Below are positions 38,201 through 50,544 of a stretch of 64,000 nt of DNA, one piece after another. Within the stretch, counting starts at the first letter, position 1. Each line of letters opens with the position of its first letter. The notes under the pieces were generated by a model that was not told the DNA's origin, ran no database searches, and saw nothing but the letters and a program-made list of their open reading frames with translations. The position numbers and the translations under genes were made by a program. The DNA is from Octopus bimaculoides (lineage: Eukaryota): assembly GCF_001194135.2 (NCBI RefSeq), contig NC_068984.1, positions 59,427,977-59,491,976 on the forward strand. The letters run 5' to 3'.

Positions 38201-39324
38201 GATTTTAACTTTTTAGGAGCTTGCCTGAATTCAACCATGCTGACTCCAAATCTTCCTCTCTAACATAGAGATTCTACAGTCTTACAAGTTACAAGGCAAC
38301 CTACCCAGTGCTGGTGCCATGTAAAAAGCACCCAGAACACTCTACAAAATATTTTACATTATGAAGGGTATCTAACCATTACAACAACTTCAAAAATGAG
38401 ATATTCTTTTCTATTCTAGGCACAGGGCCTGAAATTTTGGGGGAGGGGGCCAGTCGATTAGATTGACCCCAGTATGCAACTGGTACTTAATTTATCGACC
38501 CGAAAAGGATGAAAAGCAAAGTTGACCTTGGCAGAATTTGAACTTAGAATGTAAAGACAGATTAAATACCACTAAGCATTTCATCTGGCATGCTAACATT
38601 TCTGTCAGTATACTAACCTGTTGGATCCTGCCAAGTTGTTCACCCCATGCCAGTATGGAAAGTATACATAAAATAATAACAATGATGATATATACCTTGA
38701 TATAAAAATTCATATATACATTATATATGAATATACATGCAACTGTGTGTGTGTGTGTGTGTAGGTATGTATATAAGTATATGTGTATGTGAGTATGTGT
38801 GTGTGTATGTGGTGTGTGAGTGTGTGTGTAGGTATGTATGTAAGTATATATGTATGTGTGTATGTATATATAAATATATATGTATTTGAGTATATGTGTG
38901 TGTGTATGTATGTATGTATGCATGTATGAATGAATGAATGAACAGGAATCCTCTGTGTTACAGGAATAATTCATTCCTGAAAATCTTTTAATTTGAAATC
39001 CCATGACACAAAATAAATTTTTCCATTATTATGAAGTGAGAATGCTTTCCAGCTGAATATTTTGGAAATGACAAAAACAATAACAATTACAAAAAAAAAA
39101 CAAAACACATCCACTTATTTTATGCATGAAAATAACAATGTCTAAGCATCAATAGTACAATATGGACATTTGAAGACAAGTATGTTAGGGAATAGATAAG
39201 AAATGTATTATCATAATAGGGTACATTCTTAGCACAAAAGACATTGATTACTGTGTGAGGGATGGTGGTGGAATGTTAGTTACTGGGAGGATGAGGGATA
39301 CTTCTTTCTTGTTGCTCAACATCA

Positions 39325-40830
39325 TCAACTGGAACTCGAGGGATGAACATCTAAAATTGTTAACTGTTTATAGTTAACAATTGTTAAATGATGATAATGA
39401 GTGTAGGAACTGAGCCCATCATAAACTCCTCTTGTAATTTTTATGTTACATTCATTATTTGGGTTGTTAGCAGCAAAAACCTGCAGATTTTCCTCTATAA
39501 GTATTAACCATTTAGTAGTATTCTTTGCAGTAAATTTAAGTGGCGTCAGTGGAATTTTTGTATTCTCATCTGTATTAACAGCTTGCTCTTGTTCTAACAG
39601 CTTCAACTCCTTGTTAGATAAACTTTCTCTATGGAACACTTGCAACTCAACCACACCATCTATATCATTTGCAAGTATCACATCTTTTTGAATTTGTTGT
39701 AGGCCCTTTGTTTCTGGAAAACTTGTAAAGTCATGGACAATGTCTGGTTACATGCTTTTCCAAGCACTATTCAAAAATGTGGGTTTCACTTTCATCACAT
39801 GACTCAGCTATATTATCCACAGCATCCATTATGTTGAAATTCTTCCTGAAAGCTCTAACTGTAGGTTTATCCATCCTGTCAATAGCTTTTATAAGTTGTT
39901 TGTAAGTTTTTCTCAGATAATATACCTTGAAATTAGCCATCACACCTTGATCCATGGGTTTGAGCAAAGAAGTTATACTTTTGAGGAGATATTTGACTCT
40001 CACATTTAACTTTATCAGGTGGTTTAGTGCATTGTCTAAAATGAGCAATGCTTTGTTGAAGATATTATGTCTGGTACTTCGCCTTGCTACAGCAGAACAA
40101 CAAAATGTTTGTAAACCACTCTTTGAAAAAGGCTCTTCATCATCTATGCCTTCTTATTTGAACAGCAAATCAGAAGCAAACTAAACTTTGTATAATTCTT
40201 AAAAGCCCTTAGATTTTCAGAGTGATGCATGAGTAGAGATTTCAATTTCATATCTCTTATGATGTTTCCTCCCAGAAGAAGCATCAGATGAGTTTGGAAA
40301 GCTTTAAATCCTGTTAATATTTCTTCTTGAGAAATAAAAGTTTTAACAGGTAAGAGCATTTATGAAAGTACAGTTTTATCAAAATTGTGTACTTGTTCTA
40401 GTGTGTAATCCCTCTTAGCAATCAGTTTTTCGCCTGCTCAGGATAATTAGTTAGTAACTACCTCTGTATCAGCACTGGCAGCTTCAGAAGTCATTTTAAA
40501 ACCAACCTTTACTAGCCAGTAAAGGATTTTCATTAGAAGTTTCATGTACCATTGTCTGTAAATCGTCACACAAACAATTGGGTTTTTTTAATATATATAA
40601 TCACCATCAAGCTTATCATTGTATTACTTTGAGTCTGATCCAAGATCCATACACTCAAGAGCAGTTCCATTATAAGTACCATATTAGGTCTATGAGACAA
40701 TAAGATCTGAATAATTAACAGAGTAACTTCTTGAGCAACTGCCTTAATTTTTATCTCTATTGCAAGATTTAATGCTTTTGTAATGTGGCTGATTTTTATT
40801 CCCATATTAAGCCTTTTGAACATTCAAGTT
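39325..40830 (-). mobile_element. Decayed pogo/Tigger transposase (CENP-B HTH plus DDE_1)
   Basis: MELLLSVWILDQTQ..; GFKAF..LMLLLGGN..GDMKLK-like segment; LILDNA..ITSLLKPMDQGVMANFKVYYLRK..FNIMDAVDNI. Confidence 0.8.
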
Positions 40831-41679
40831 TAATAACCAATGTAATCTCTTTGTGGTTCCCTTTTACACCACTGTTTTCAGTTGTTCTTGACTAGATTTC
40901 AGACATCTTGGATGGTAGGTATATCCAATAGTAGTTATTCACAGCAAATGTGTAGTAACAAAATAGCACAAAGAAGAACTCTTTTGCAAAAGCAAAAAAA
41001 TCTCTTGTCTTGTTCCTATGGCTGTAAGAATAGAAATGAAAAAAGAAACTTGTGAAGGAGTGAGGTAATAGGATGTACTGTATAATTACAGTTAGTTGAA
41101 GGATTACCAAGTTCGTGGGCACTTCGCCTCTTGCACCTCTTACCTGAGTCATAAAATCTCTATATTCCACTGTCTATCATGCACACACACACACTGTTGT
41201 GTTGATATGCAATATATGTACCTACAGACACTGCTATGCTGATACTATTATTGTTGTTGCTGGTTGATTACTCAAAAGTTGGTGGGTTGGTAGTGGTGGT
41301 GATGGAAATGTTGTTGGTGTTTATATTGTCCTCCTTAACTGTATTGTTGTTGGTGTTTAGTCAATCCTTATTGGGCAATGACACATGGCACATTGTATGT
41401 CCACAATTGGATAGCTTTGTGGACTTGATTCTTGACAATAGGTGTATTTGGACTTCCAGCTTTTATAGTACTGCAACATTCGTCACCCTACCTTTCTATT
41501 TTATTGTGCCTAATCTGTGAAAGATCCACATCTCAAAGGCATTTATCTTCTTTTTCATTATTCTGTACATTATCCAAACTTCTGCCCTGTAGAGGACAAT
41601 TAGCATAATATAACAGTATATACATACAAATGTATATACACATATATACATGTATGTATGTATGTTACAGTATGTTTGT

Positions 41680-41711
<32 letters not shown>

Positions 41712-41993
41712 TGAATGTATGTATGTATGTACGTATTAGCAATCAGCCTTATGGATGAGCTGAATCCATGTCAGCAATCCTTGAATAGCTATGGTTGTAC
41801 ATCATCGATGGGAGTCATGTCAAGGGCATATAATGTATGCATGTGAATATATTTCATTTGCAGTGGATAGCTGAGCCTTGTTGGTACCACACATTTGCTT
41901 TGCTCCTGTTTATTGTAAATTGTTAAAGACATTTATATCGGTGAACATGAAGGATTATTTTAGTGTGTATGTATGTATGTTTCTGTATGTGCT

Positions 41994-42032
<39 letters not shown>

Positions 42033-43639
42033 GCATATGAGTGTTTATGTATGTGTTTGTGTGTTTATAAATGTTGATAGGATGTGTGATTGGGGATTTG
42101 GTTAATGTGTGTCATTTGATCTGCAATCAGTACCAATTGTGGCATATATCCTTTGAGATGCTTATTATATGTATATATTGTGTGAGTGTATATGATTTAT
42201 GATTGTAATGTGCTTTGGAGTGAATTTAATGGTATATTTGGATATTGAATTGTATTAATGTGTATGTGTGATGATTTATGTATGTTGATTAGGGTCTATG
42301 GGATTGTATTCTTGACTAATAAATATATAAATGTATGTGTTGTTAATGCATAAATGTGTGCATATGTGTATTGGTATGTGTGTGTTGTATAGGGGCTATA
42401 GGATTGTCTTGTTGACTAGTATATATGTGTGTGTTTGTGTTATCTTCCTTGACTTAAGTAACAAGGAAAGAGGAAGTTTGAGAGTAGGTGGTGTATAGGT
42501 GTGTGTATATGTGTGTACTTAACACATGCTTTATCGTGTTAATATACTTGTATTTATGAATATATATGGATTTTTTTATCTTATCAATATATATTTGTGT
42601 GAGTGTATGTTTCTACATGTATGTTAGCTCTGCAGTTGTTGCTACCCAAAGTAAGTGGATAAATATAATTTTTATCTTCAGATATAGCTTCTTGCGCAAT
42701 TCTGTAACAAACCATTTAACTGTAATGGATTTTTGGATACAAAATATATACCCATGCTTATTGTTTTCAAATATAGAAACAGACAAAAAATTCTCTGGTT
42801 TAATCTAATTTTTAGTTTAAATGCTTGTATGAATAAAGTCGAAGAGTTTTAGACAGTCTCACTTTATTTTGCATGAGAACGTAGATACTATAGAATCCCA
42901 AATAGAAAGTTTATTAAAGGTTTTTACTCTAATTGCCACAATTTTTCTTACTCTGTCAATTCCATGAATGCAATGTCAGCATGAAGCACAGTTGTAATTC
43001 TATGAATTTTTGTAACTGTTCATTAAGCAGTTCTTTAGTGTCAGGACAATGTTGATTGGTGGCTTTCAATCAAAATCCTTTATGAAAGTGTCAGAAAATA
43101 GATTTAAAATAAGACACTACTTCCATAGACATTCATTAATCAATCAAAAGAGGGAAAATTATAACTTGCCTTTTTATATATATATATTGAAGTTAAAAGA
43201 AACTTGTGTTAGTAACTTTCATATAATTCAATCCATTCTCGCACCTGCTTACTAACATGGTAACAGCAGAAATAACCTCTGAGTTGTCATCTTTGCTCAA
43301 CCAAAGAGTGATTAATATTATCACAGAATGGGCATCTTGAGTTCAAGAATTGATATTATTTGCAATTGTTTGCGTAAAGAGACATATTTGCCTTTGTTAT
43401 TTTTCAAAAAACAGATCTGCTACAGAAAATTTTCAATGAAAATTTTCTGACACTATCATACTTTTATGTTTTCATTTCCATATTTGTTACATATCTTTCT
43501 TTTCTGCATCATATTGTAAACAATTTATTATGATTTATAAATGAAAAGGAAGATCTGATAGCATTTTGAAACGCAATTTTTTTTTTTATCACTATAATTA
43601 ATCTATTACTAAGCTTTCTCATCTTGTTTGTTTCTTTAA

Positions 43640-43859
43640 CCCTTTAGTGCTCAGATTACTCTGTCAAATGTAATACATATTTATTCAAATTGTTTTGAAT
43701 TAATCATACTTCATCTCATAGCATTAAGATTTCAATGATGTAATTGTTTATTTTCACAATGATGTTGTAAGGTAGATGTGAGAGGCCAGATTGTACTAGT
43801 TTGAACATAAAGCATGTAGAATATTTAGGCCAGATATGGCTGGTTTAAATGCTAAAGGG
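43640..43859. mobile_element. 220-bp piggyBac-type MITE
   Basis: TTAA|CCCTTTAG...CTAAAGGG|TTAA; related copies at 5768-5983 and about 27914-28120. Confidence 0.8.
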
Positions 43860-44355
43860 TTAATATTAAAGTAATTTGCCTTTTAGTAATTGCCTTTAAA
43901 GTAATTTGTCTTTCATCCTTTCAGAGTTGATAGAATAAGTACCAGTTGAACACTGGGGTTGATGTAATCAATTTATCCCATCCCTTGAAACTGCTAGCCT
44001 TGTGTCAAAATGTGAAATCAATATTTAAGTAGTTTGGTATTTTGTGGTACTTCAGTATGAATAATGTTTTGTGAATGGCAGTATGAATGATATTTTGTGA
44101 ATGGCTAAAACACCTGCAGGCAATATGAGTTTTCTGTTATTTTATTTTTCTAATTTCATATTTAGTTAATCTTGTTTTTGCATATGTAAACAATCAAATA
44201 TCTCTTATTTATTGTTACACATACATTTGCAGAAATACTTCCTTTTTCTTTTGATATCTGAATATTTTTATTAATGATTACCTGTTTAATTTTCATATTT
44301 TGTTCTAAAATAGGAGAGTTGAAATTTAGAGTCACAAAATTTTAAGTGCTGATGT

Positions 44356-44386
<31 letters not shown>

Positions 44387-45040
44387 CATGTATGTATGCA
44401 TATATGGATGGATCCATGCATGTATGTGAGTGTGTGTATGTATGTATCTATGTGCATGTGTGTGTGTGTGTGTGTGTGTGTATAGATATATGTATGTATG
44501 TGTACATACATATATAGAAAGAGATATATGGACAGTCACACAAACAGGAAGATAGATAGATAGGTGTGCACAGGTATACATATTAGAGTTTTACATGTGT
44601 AACATAGTGAGCTGAAAAACTTTCATTAACTGAGATTATTCTAAAAATTAGAAGCCAAAACTCTTTGGGTTCTTTCAAACCTAAGAAGAAAAAAAAGAAA
44701 AACTCCCTCCAAACAAGGGAGATAACTCCAAATGTTTATTCCAATTTTGGTAAAATAGTTGTTGCAAATTCATCTAGTCATTAAAATGATGTTGAAAGCA
44801 AGGGATATGTTTTCTTCTTGTCATACCTCCTTGGTAAGAATATTCAGCTCCTAGAAATGAAGAGAAAGTGGTGATGCTGAGTATGGATATCAACAGTTGT
44901 ACTGAAGGAAAAATGCCGCAGATGAGCTTTTGGCATTTACATTATTCTCTCAAAAGTAAAGCTTATCTATTCACAAGGTGGATATATATCATATCGTATC
45001 CGGAGTACTCTGTGCGTTGTTTATTCAAAGGATAGCCCAA

Positions 45041-45103
<63 letters not shown>

Positions 45104-45499
45104 ATGTGTGTCTGTGTTTGTCCCCCAACATCGCTTGACAACCGATGCTGGTGTTTACGTCCCCGTAATCTAGAGGTTCGGCAAAACAGACCGATAGAAT
45201 AAGTCCTGGGGTCGATTTGCTCGACTAAAGGCGGTGCTCCAGCATGGCCGCAGTCAAATGACTGAAACAAGTAAACAATGCGTGTGTGTAAATGAATGAA
45301 TTACGTTATTGTATTTGAAGATGGAGTAGCAGATTTTATAGTTCAAGGAACAACGTTCAAATATCAACTTGACTAACTGTGAGTCGCACAGCAAAGAATT
45401 TACTGGTTGTCATGGAAACAATTTTTTTCCTAGTCAGATCCATGTCTCGGTGATAAAATGTTGATAAAGTGTTGTGTTATGTCTGTCTGTGCCACAGTT

Positions 45500-45700
45500 T
45501 CCGCATGTTAAATCAAGCAAAGATTGTCCACTTGCGTGAGTTAACGTGTGCACACGCGAAGTTAATGTTGTTATGCACGTGTGTGTGCGCGCGTTAGTTT
45601 ATGTGTTCGTAGTGTGCTTGATTATATAAGCGCCTGTGTTGTGTGCGAAGAGGAAATATTGACACCTGAAACTAAACGATAATAATATATAGTGTTAAGG
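45500..45700 (+). promoter_or_regulatory. Candidate TATA-type promoter or enhancer
   Basis: Non-repeat CpG-rich stretch with CACGTG (45576-81) and TATATAAG (45623-30). Inference only. Confidence 0.2.
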
Positions 45701-46269
45701 GAATACTGAATCGTTGGGGAAATAGCGGAGCTCTGGATTTAACATGCATTATATTTCATTTCACTCGGGTGGTTGATAAAATAGTTATCAGTGATATCTT
45801 TGTCCTTCCTCTCTTGCATAAACTGGCTTTGTTCTTAGTTATTTTTTTTAATCAACGTTTTATGTATGTGCATGGATATATCTTGTTTATCCCCAGGCGA
45901 ACGCAATGTAAGCAGACCTATGATCAAAAGTATTCCAGCTGTCTATATTTCATGTAGTGAATCTAGGATTACGCTACGTCCCTATTTTTTCCCCAACAGT
46001 ATGGTGATGTAGCGTGGAGGCGCAATGGCTCAGTGGTTAGGGCAGCGGACTCGCAGTTTCGATTCCCAGACCGGGCGTTGTGAGTGTTTATTGAGCGAAA
46101 ACACCTAAAGCTCCACGAGGCTCCGGCAGGGGATGGTGGCGAACCCTGCTGTACTCTTCCACCACAACTTTCTCTCACTCTTTCTTCCTGTTTCTGTTGT
46201 GCCTGTAATTCAAAGNNNNNNNNNNGGATTACGTTACGTCTCTATTTTTCCCCCAACAGTATGGTGATG

Positions 46270-46650
46270 TAGCGTGGAGGCGCAATGGCTCAGTGGTTAG
46301 GGCAGCGGACTCGCAGTTTCGATTCCCAGACCGGGCGTTGTGAGTGTTTATTGAGCGAAAACACCTAAAGCTCCACGAGGCTCCGGCAGGGGATGGTGGC
46401 GAACCCTGCTGTACTCTTCCACCACAACTTTCTCTCACTCTTTCTTCCTGTTTCTGTTGTGCCTGTAATTCAAAGAGTCAGCCTTGTCACACTGTGTCAC
46501 ACTGAATATCCCCGAGAACTACGTTAAGGGTACACGTGTCTGTGGAGTGCTCAGCCACTTGCACGTTAATTTCACGAGCAGGCTGTTCCGTTGATCGGAT
46601 CAACTGGAACCTTCGACGTCGTAAGCGACGGAGTGCCAACAACAACGGTG
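46270..46650 (+). mobile_element. tRNA-derived SINE with a conserved central/3' module (Nin/Deu-like)
   Basis: A-box TGGCTCAGTGG, B-box GTTTCGATTCC; module GGGTACACGTGTCTGTGGAGTGCTCAGCCACTTGCACGTTAATTTC shared with 58020-58165; ends in (CAA)n. The domain name is from memory. Confidence 0.7.
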
Positions 46651-47479
46651 TGATGTAGCTCTTATGTTTAGCGGATGGAACTACGACGTAGAGGCTCCTT
46701 CTTTGGTTCGTGGTGGCGTGTGTGATTTCAATTCCACAAAAGCCGATTTTTCAAGAAATCGGAAGTATATGTAAAATAAGAATTGTTGATATGGTCCCGT
46801 CCGAAGCCTGATAATTTTTGTGTTCGCGAAGAAGCATATGTGGTGGCTTTAATTGCTAGAAATAACTGAATCACACCACGTCTGAGAAAGTAAGGAAAGG
46901 ACATATAGAACAATATAGTACCGGATATGTTTGGGGACAGCTGAAATACCTTTGATAAGCTTGACCAAGGGTTAAATAGCATCAACAGTTGATAGTTAAG
47001 CAAAGCAATGAAATAATGTAAGTGTGCGTGTAATTTATTTAAAGTAGCAAATATGACGCCACCAAGAGTTGCAATAAACCAATTATGGCCACTGTATTTG
47101 ATGTAGTGGGGGGATATAATTATTTAATAAATAATCTCCCTGAAAACGAAATTCTGGTGAGGGAATTGTGATGCTTGGATCTGACAGAATAGAAAGAGTG
47201 AATATGTTTATGTTTATGCATATACACACATGCATAAACATACACCCATACTTCAAGCTATCCATTACATTGACACATATCGATCTTAACGTGTACGGGT
47301 GACAATTTCAGCCATATTTTGGCCTTATTAAATTTCTTCAGCAAAGCTTAGCCTTTCCTTATTTGCCAAATTAATAAGGCAATAACTATACTATAGTGGT
47401 GCACAATAATGTACACGTGTGGATATCCAAAATGTTCATAATGACTGTGACAAATTATTCGAAATATGTCCAGCGTTTT

Positions 47480-47715
47480 TGCCCAGATCAAATTAAATAT
47501 ATATTTCTTTATTGCACACAGGGGTCTTAACATAGAGGGGACAAACAAGGACAGGCAAAGGGATTAAGTGTGTAACTGGTACTTATTTAATCGACCTCGA
47601 AAGGATAAAAGGCAAAGTCGACCTCGGCGGAATTTGAACTCAGAACATAACGGCAGACGAAATATCGCTCAGCATTTCGCCCGGCGTGCTAACGGTTCTG
47701 CCAGCTCGCCGCCCT
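47480..47715 (-). mobile_element. SINE family B (near-consensus representative). Other copies near 17290-17750(-), 18130-18345(+), 30900-31100(-), 32500-32630(-), 38400-38610(-), 51960-52200(+), 57600-57815(-)
   Basis: GGCGGCGAGCTGGCAGAA...GAGTTCAAATTCCGCCGAGGTCGACTTTGCCTTT motif recurring across the window. Confidence 0.85.
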
Positions 47716-48299
47716 AAATTAAATAAATATTAGCTATTCAGCAAACATTTTTTTTCTTCACCTTACTACATTAAACATGATAACCCTAACTTACTTATTT
47801 TTCGTGTAGATTGGTGTCTTTGGATAAATTGCCTAGAGTACATAACTTGATGAATTCTTATAATTAATAAAGCAATAAAGATGATCGGTTTAAGGCGATC
47901 ATACTTTTTCTCAAATGCATTAACAACGTAAGAGAATCGGTTCGGAATGGAACTCAAAACCAGTCGCAATTCTTATTCGCTGAAGAGTGTGGCACGTGTA
48001 ACTGCTACAAATATTCATGAAAGAAAATTAACCCCAGCCTCTTAAAAAAAAAAGGCTGACCTGATAAAAGCAATCAGTGAGTGTATTCTGTTTGTTTATA
48101 ACACAGTAAATCGAATTTTTTATTTTCATATATAACATAAACATGTACATGCTTTAGAACATTGTCACTTTATAAGATTTTGCTGGCAAATTTTTAAATT
48201 AACATAAACATCTATTTATTTGAAAGAAAATTACCGGAGAACTTTCATCTAATTTTTCGAAATCTTTCTGTTAAAACTATTGAAATCATTGGCGTGGAA

Positions 48300-49600
48300 T
48301 TTTTTTTTTGTCACTGCAACTGGTCGCACACCACAGGGTTTAACGGAACCTACTGAAGCAAGCCAGCACGCTCGCAGCATTACCACGGGTGATGGCTAAG
48401 ACGTTGGGAAAACCAAGCGCTCCACGGTAAGGCGAGCTGACAATGTTGACAAGAACTTCGCGTTTAGTGGACCAGTCCTTCCAAACGTCTCAAATGCCAC
48501 ACGCTGGAAGAGATAATTCACTGTCAGGTCCTGATAATTCAGGGTTTTCTTCTGTTCCGCTACGGAAGCAGTGACACTCACATTAACTGCAGCATGTGGG
48601 AGGGAACAAAGGAATCACAAGACTGGCGTTCCAAATGAGATACCTACCTCTAATCCAGGAACAGAAGAGAAGACCATCTGGTCTTTTTTCATCGCTTTTG
48701 GATAACCCCGACGTCTCCAGGTCTGAGGGCCCGCTTAATGATTAGGTTTAGCTTGGTACAAGTGAAGCAACCAGCATTTAGGCGGCAAGACAGACCCTTT
48801 AGACCTGTGTGGTCGAGGAGCTACCACAGTGGCATCTCAGTCCCCTACAGACGTCAGCTACCACTTTGTATGCGATGGAGATGCGGAGTTCATCTAGACC
48901 GAGTAGACCCCCAATATTGGGCAGGGCATCAATAGGCAGGGCATCAATCCAGTCGCCCGAGAATTTTGCACTAGCTGAAAGTAGGCGATACCTTGAAAAT
49001 GGATCAGATTGATAAAGGAGAGAGTTGAACGTGGCACCTAAACGTAAATTGTTCCATACTCTGTTTCCGTCTATCCTCCACTGTAACCGGAACTGACAAA
49101 CCCAGCTCTCTCCACTGCGACAGAGCTTCATCCATCTTCCTGTTGGAATCAGTCCATATTGGAGAGGAGAGAATGTTACCTACCAAAGGGGAGCAAGCGT
49201 GGATGGAGGGGAAAATCAGGGAAGAGATAAAGACGAGCAGTTGCACAAACATAGACACCCAAACCGCTTGGTCACGGGAGTCTGGGGAGAGTTTGACATT
49301 GACCAAGCATTCGAGTTTCCTGAAGATTAGATCGTCAAAGTATTGGAGGGACGACAAGAATCAGTAAGAGGGACTAACTCTCAGAAAATGCAATAGCTTA
49401 GGAATTGATGAGTAGTTCCTAAGAATAAAATAAACCTTGGTGGAGTTCAATTACTTCAAGGTTTCTCAAAAGTTGTTCGAGGTTAGCCATTTTGGATCTA
49501 AAGATGGACTCGAAAGCTAGGTCAGTAATTAGGGCTCCAAGGGAGATTTTGTGAGGAATGAAAAGCGGTCATTCTCAGTAGCATTTGACCCTTAAAACAA
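48300..49600 (-). mobile_element. CRE-clade (restriction-like endonuclease) non-LTR retrotransposon remnant, 5'-truncated, with a poly(A) tail
   Basis: IPKLLHFLRVSP, RYRLLSAS..SGDWIDALP, LRISI, CHCG, KRPDG, AEQKK..Y..L..YLFQRVAFETFG motifs; A-tract at about 48300-48309 on the minus strand. Confidence 0.7.
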
Positions 49601-50439
49601 CGCGCTGTTAATAAGTACGTGTATTATATATTTCTTATAAAGCTATAAAATCCGAGATTTATATGGATCATTCATGCCCTTCTAAAGTACATTTGTTGCT
49701 GTTGTTTAGCTTGAAGTCAGCCATGATTGAACACACCTCTGATATTAAAAGTATTCAAGCTGTGACCGCCTTGTCATAATTTCAGAAATAATGTACCCTG
49801 AACCTCATTATATAATGATTCCATGATTAAAAAAATGATAGTGTGTTTTGAGGGACAGATAGCTTCTATAGTTTACTTGCTTTACTATCAAGTAGAAGTT
49901 CCTTCACTGACTCGAGAGTATTAGTTATCTCAGGAAAACGAAATAACTAGTGAAATATTTACTCCACTTGTAGTAACCCTTTCTTTGTAACGCGCTTTTT
50001 CATTTTCTTTGAAGTTACAGCAATCCAGCAGGAATATAAAAGATTCTTTTCGATTATCACAAAATTAGAAAGACACTGTTCGAACCTTTAAATGAAAAAG
50101 AGTGATGGGTTGGTAGAATCGTTAAACGTCGGAAATAATGCCTTGCAGTGGTTATTAAGACTCCTTACGTTCTGAGTTCAAATCTCGTCGGGGCCAATTA
50201 TGTTTCTTCCCTTTGTGATCAAAAGGTTAACATGCAGTTTAGCGTCTTAAAAATAACCCTAACCACAGAAGTAAATTGAAGTTTTCTTTTTTTTCTTTCC
50301 TTGCTCATGTTTGTATATTTTCTTCGGTTTTTGATTTATATTTTAATGCAGTTTTGTATTGTAATTGTATCATATACATACGAGTTATATATGTAATTAT
50401 TAAATTCAAATCTTAATATTAAAAAAAAAGTTAGGTACC

Positions 50440-50544
50440 TAAACCTAACTCTAATCCTAACACTAACCCTAAACCCTAACCCCCTAACCCTGACCCTAAC
50501 ACTAACCCTAATCCTGACCCTAAAACCCTAACCCTAACACCCTA
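50440..50544. repeat. Degenerate interstitial (CCCTAA)n telomere-like tract
   Basis: Repeated CCCTAA, CCTAA, CACTAA and CCCTGA units. Confidence 0.8.

Noticed and set aside
41236-41520. Hydrophobic 94-aa ORF resembling a membrane protein
   Set aside because: It derives from (TTG/GTG)n low-complexity sequence, with no homology or splice support.
46270-46335. tRNA-like sequences here and at 19704-19780
   Set aside because: They lack a complete cloverleaf and continue into SINE bodies, so they are SINE heads rather than tRNA genes.
45966-46475. 250-bp direct duplication (45966-46215 and 46226-46475) suggesting a tandem SINE dimer
   Set aside because: The copies flank a 10-N gap and differ only at about 3 positions near the start, the typical signature of overlapping contig ends or haplotypes; probably an assembly artefact.
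47979-48005. CTGAAGA-GTG(TGG)CAC hairpin resembling half a hammerhead
   Set aside because: The required GAAA after stem II is absent.
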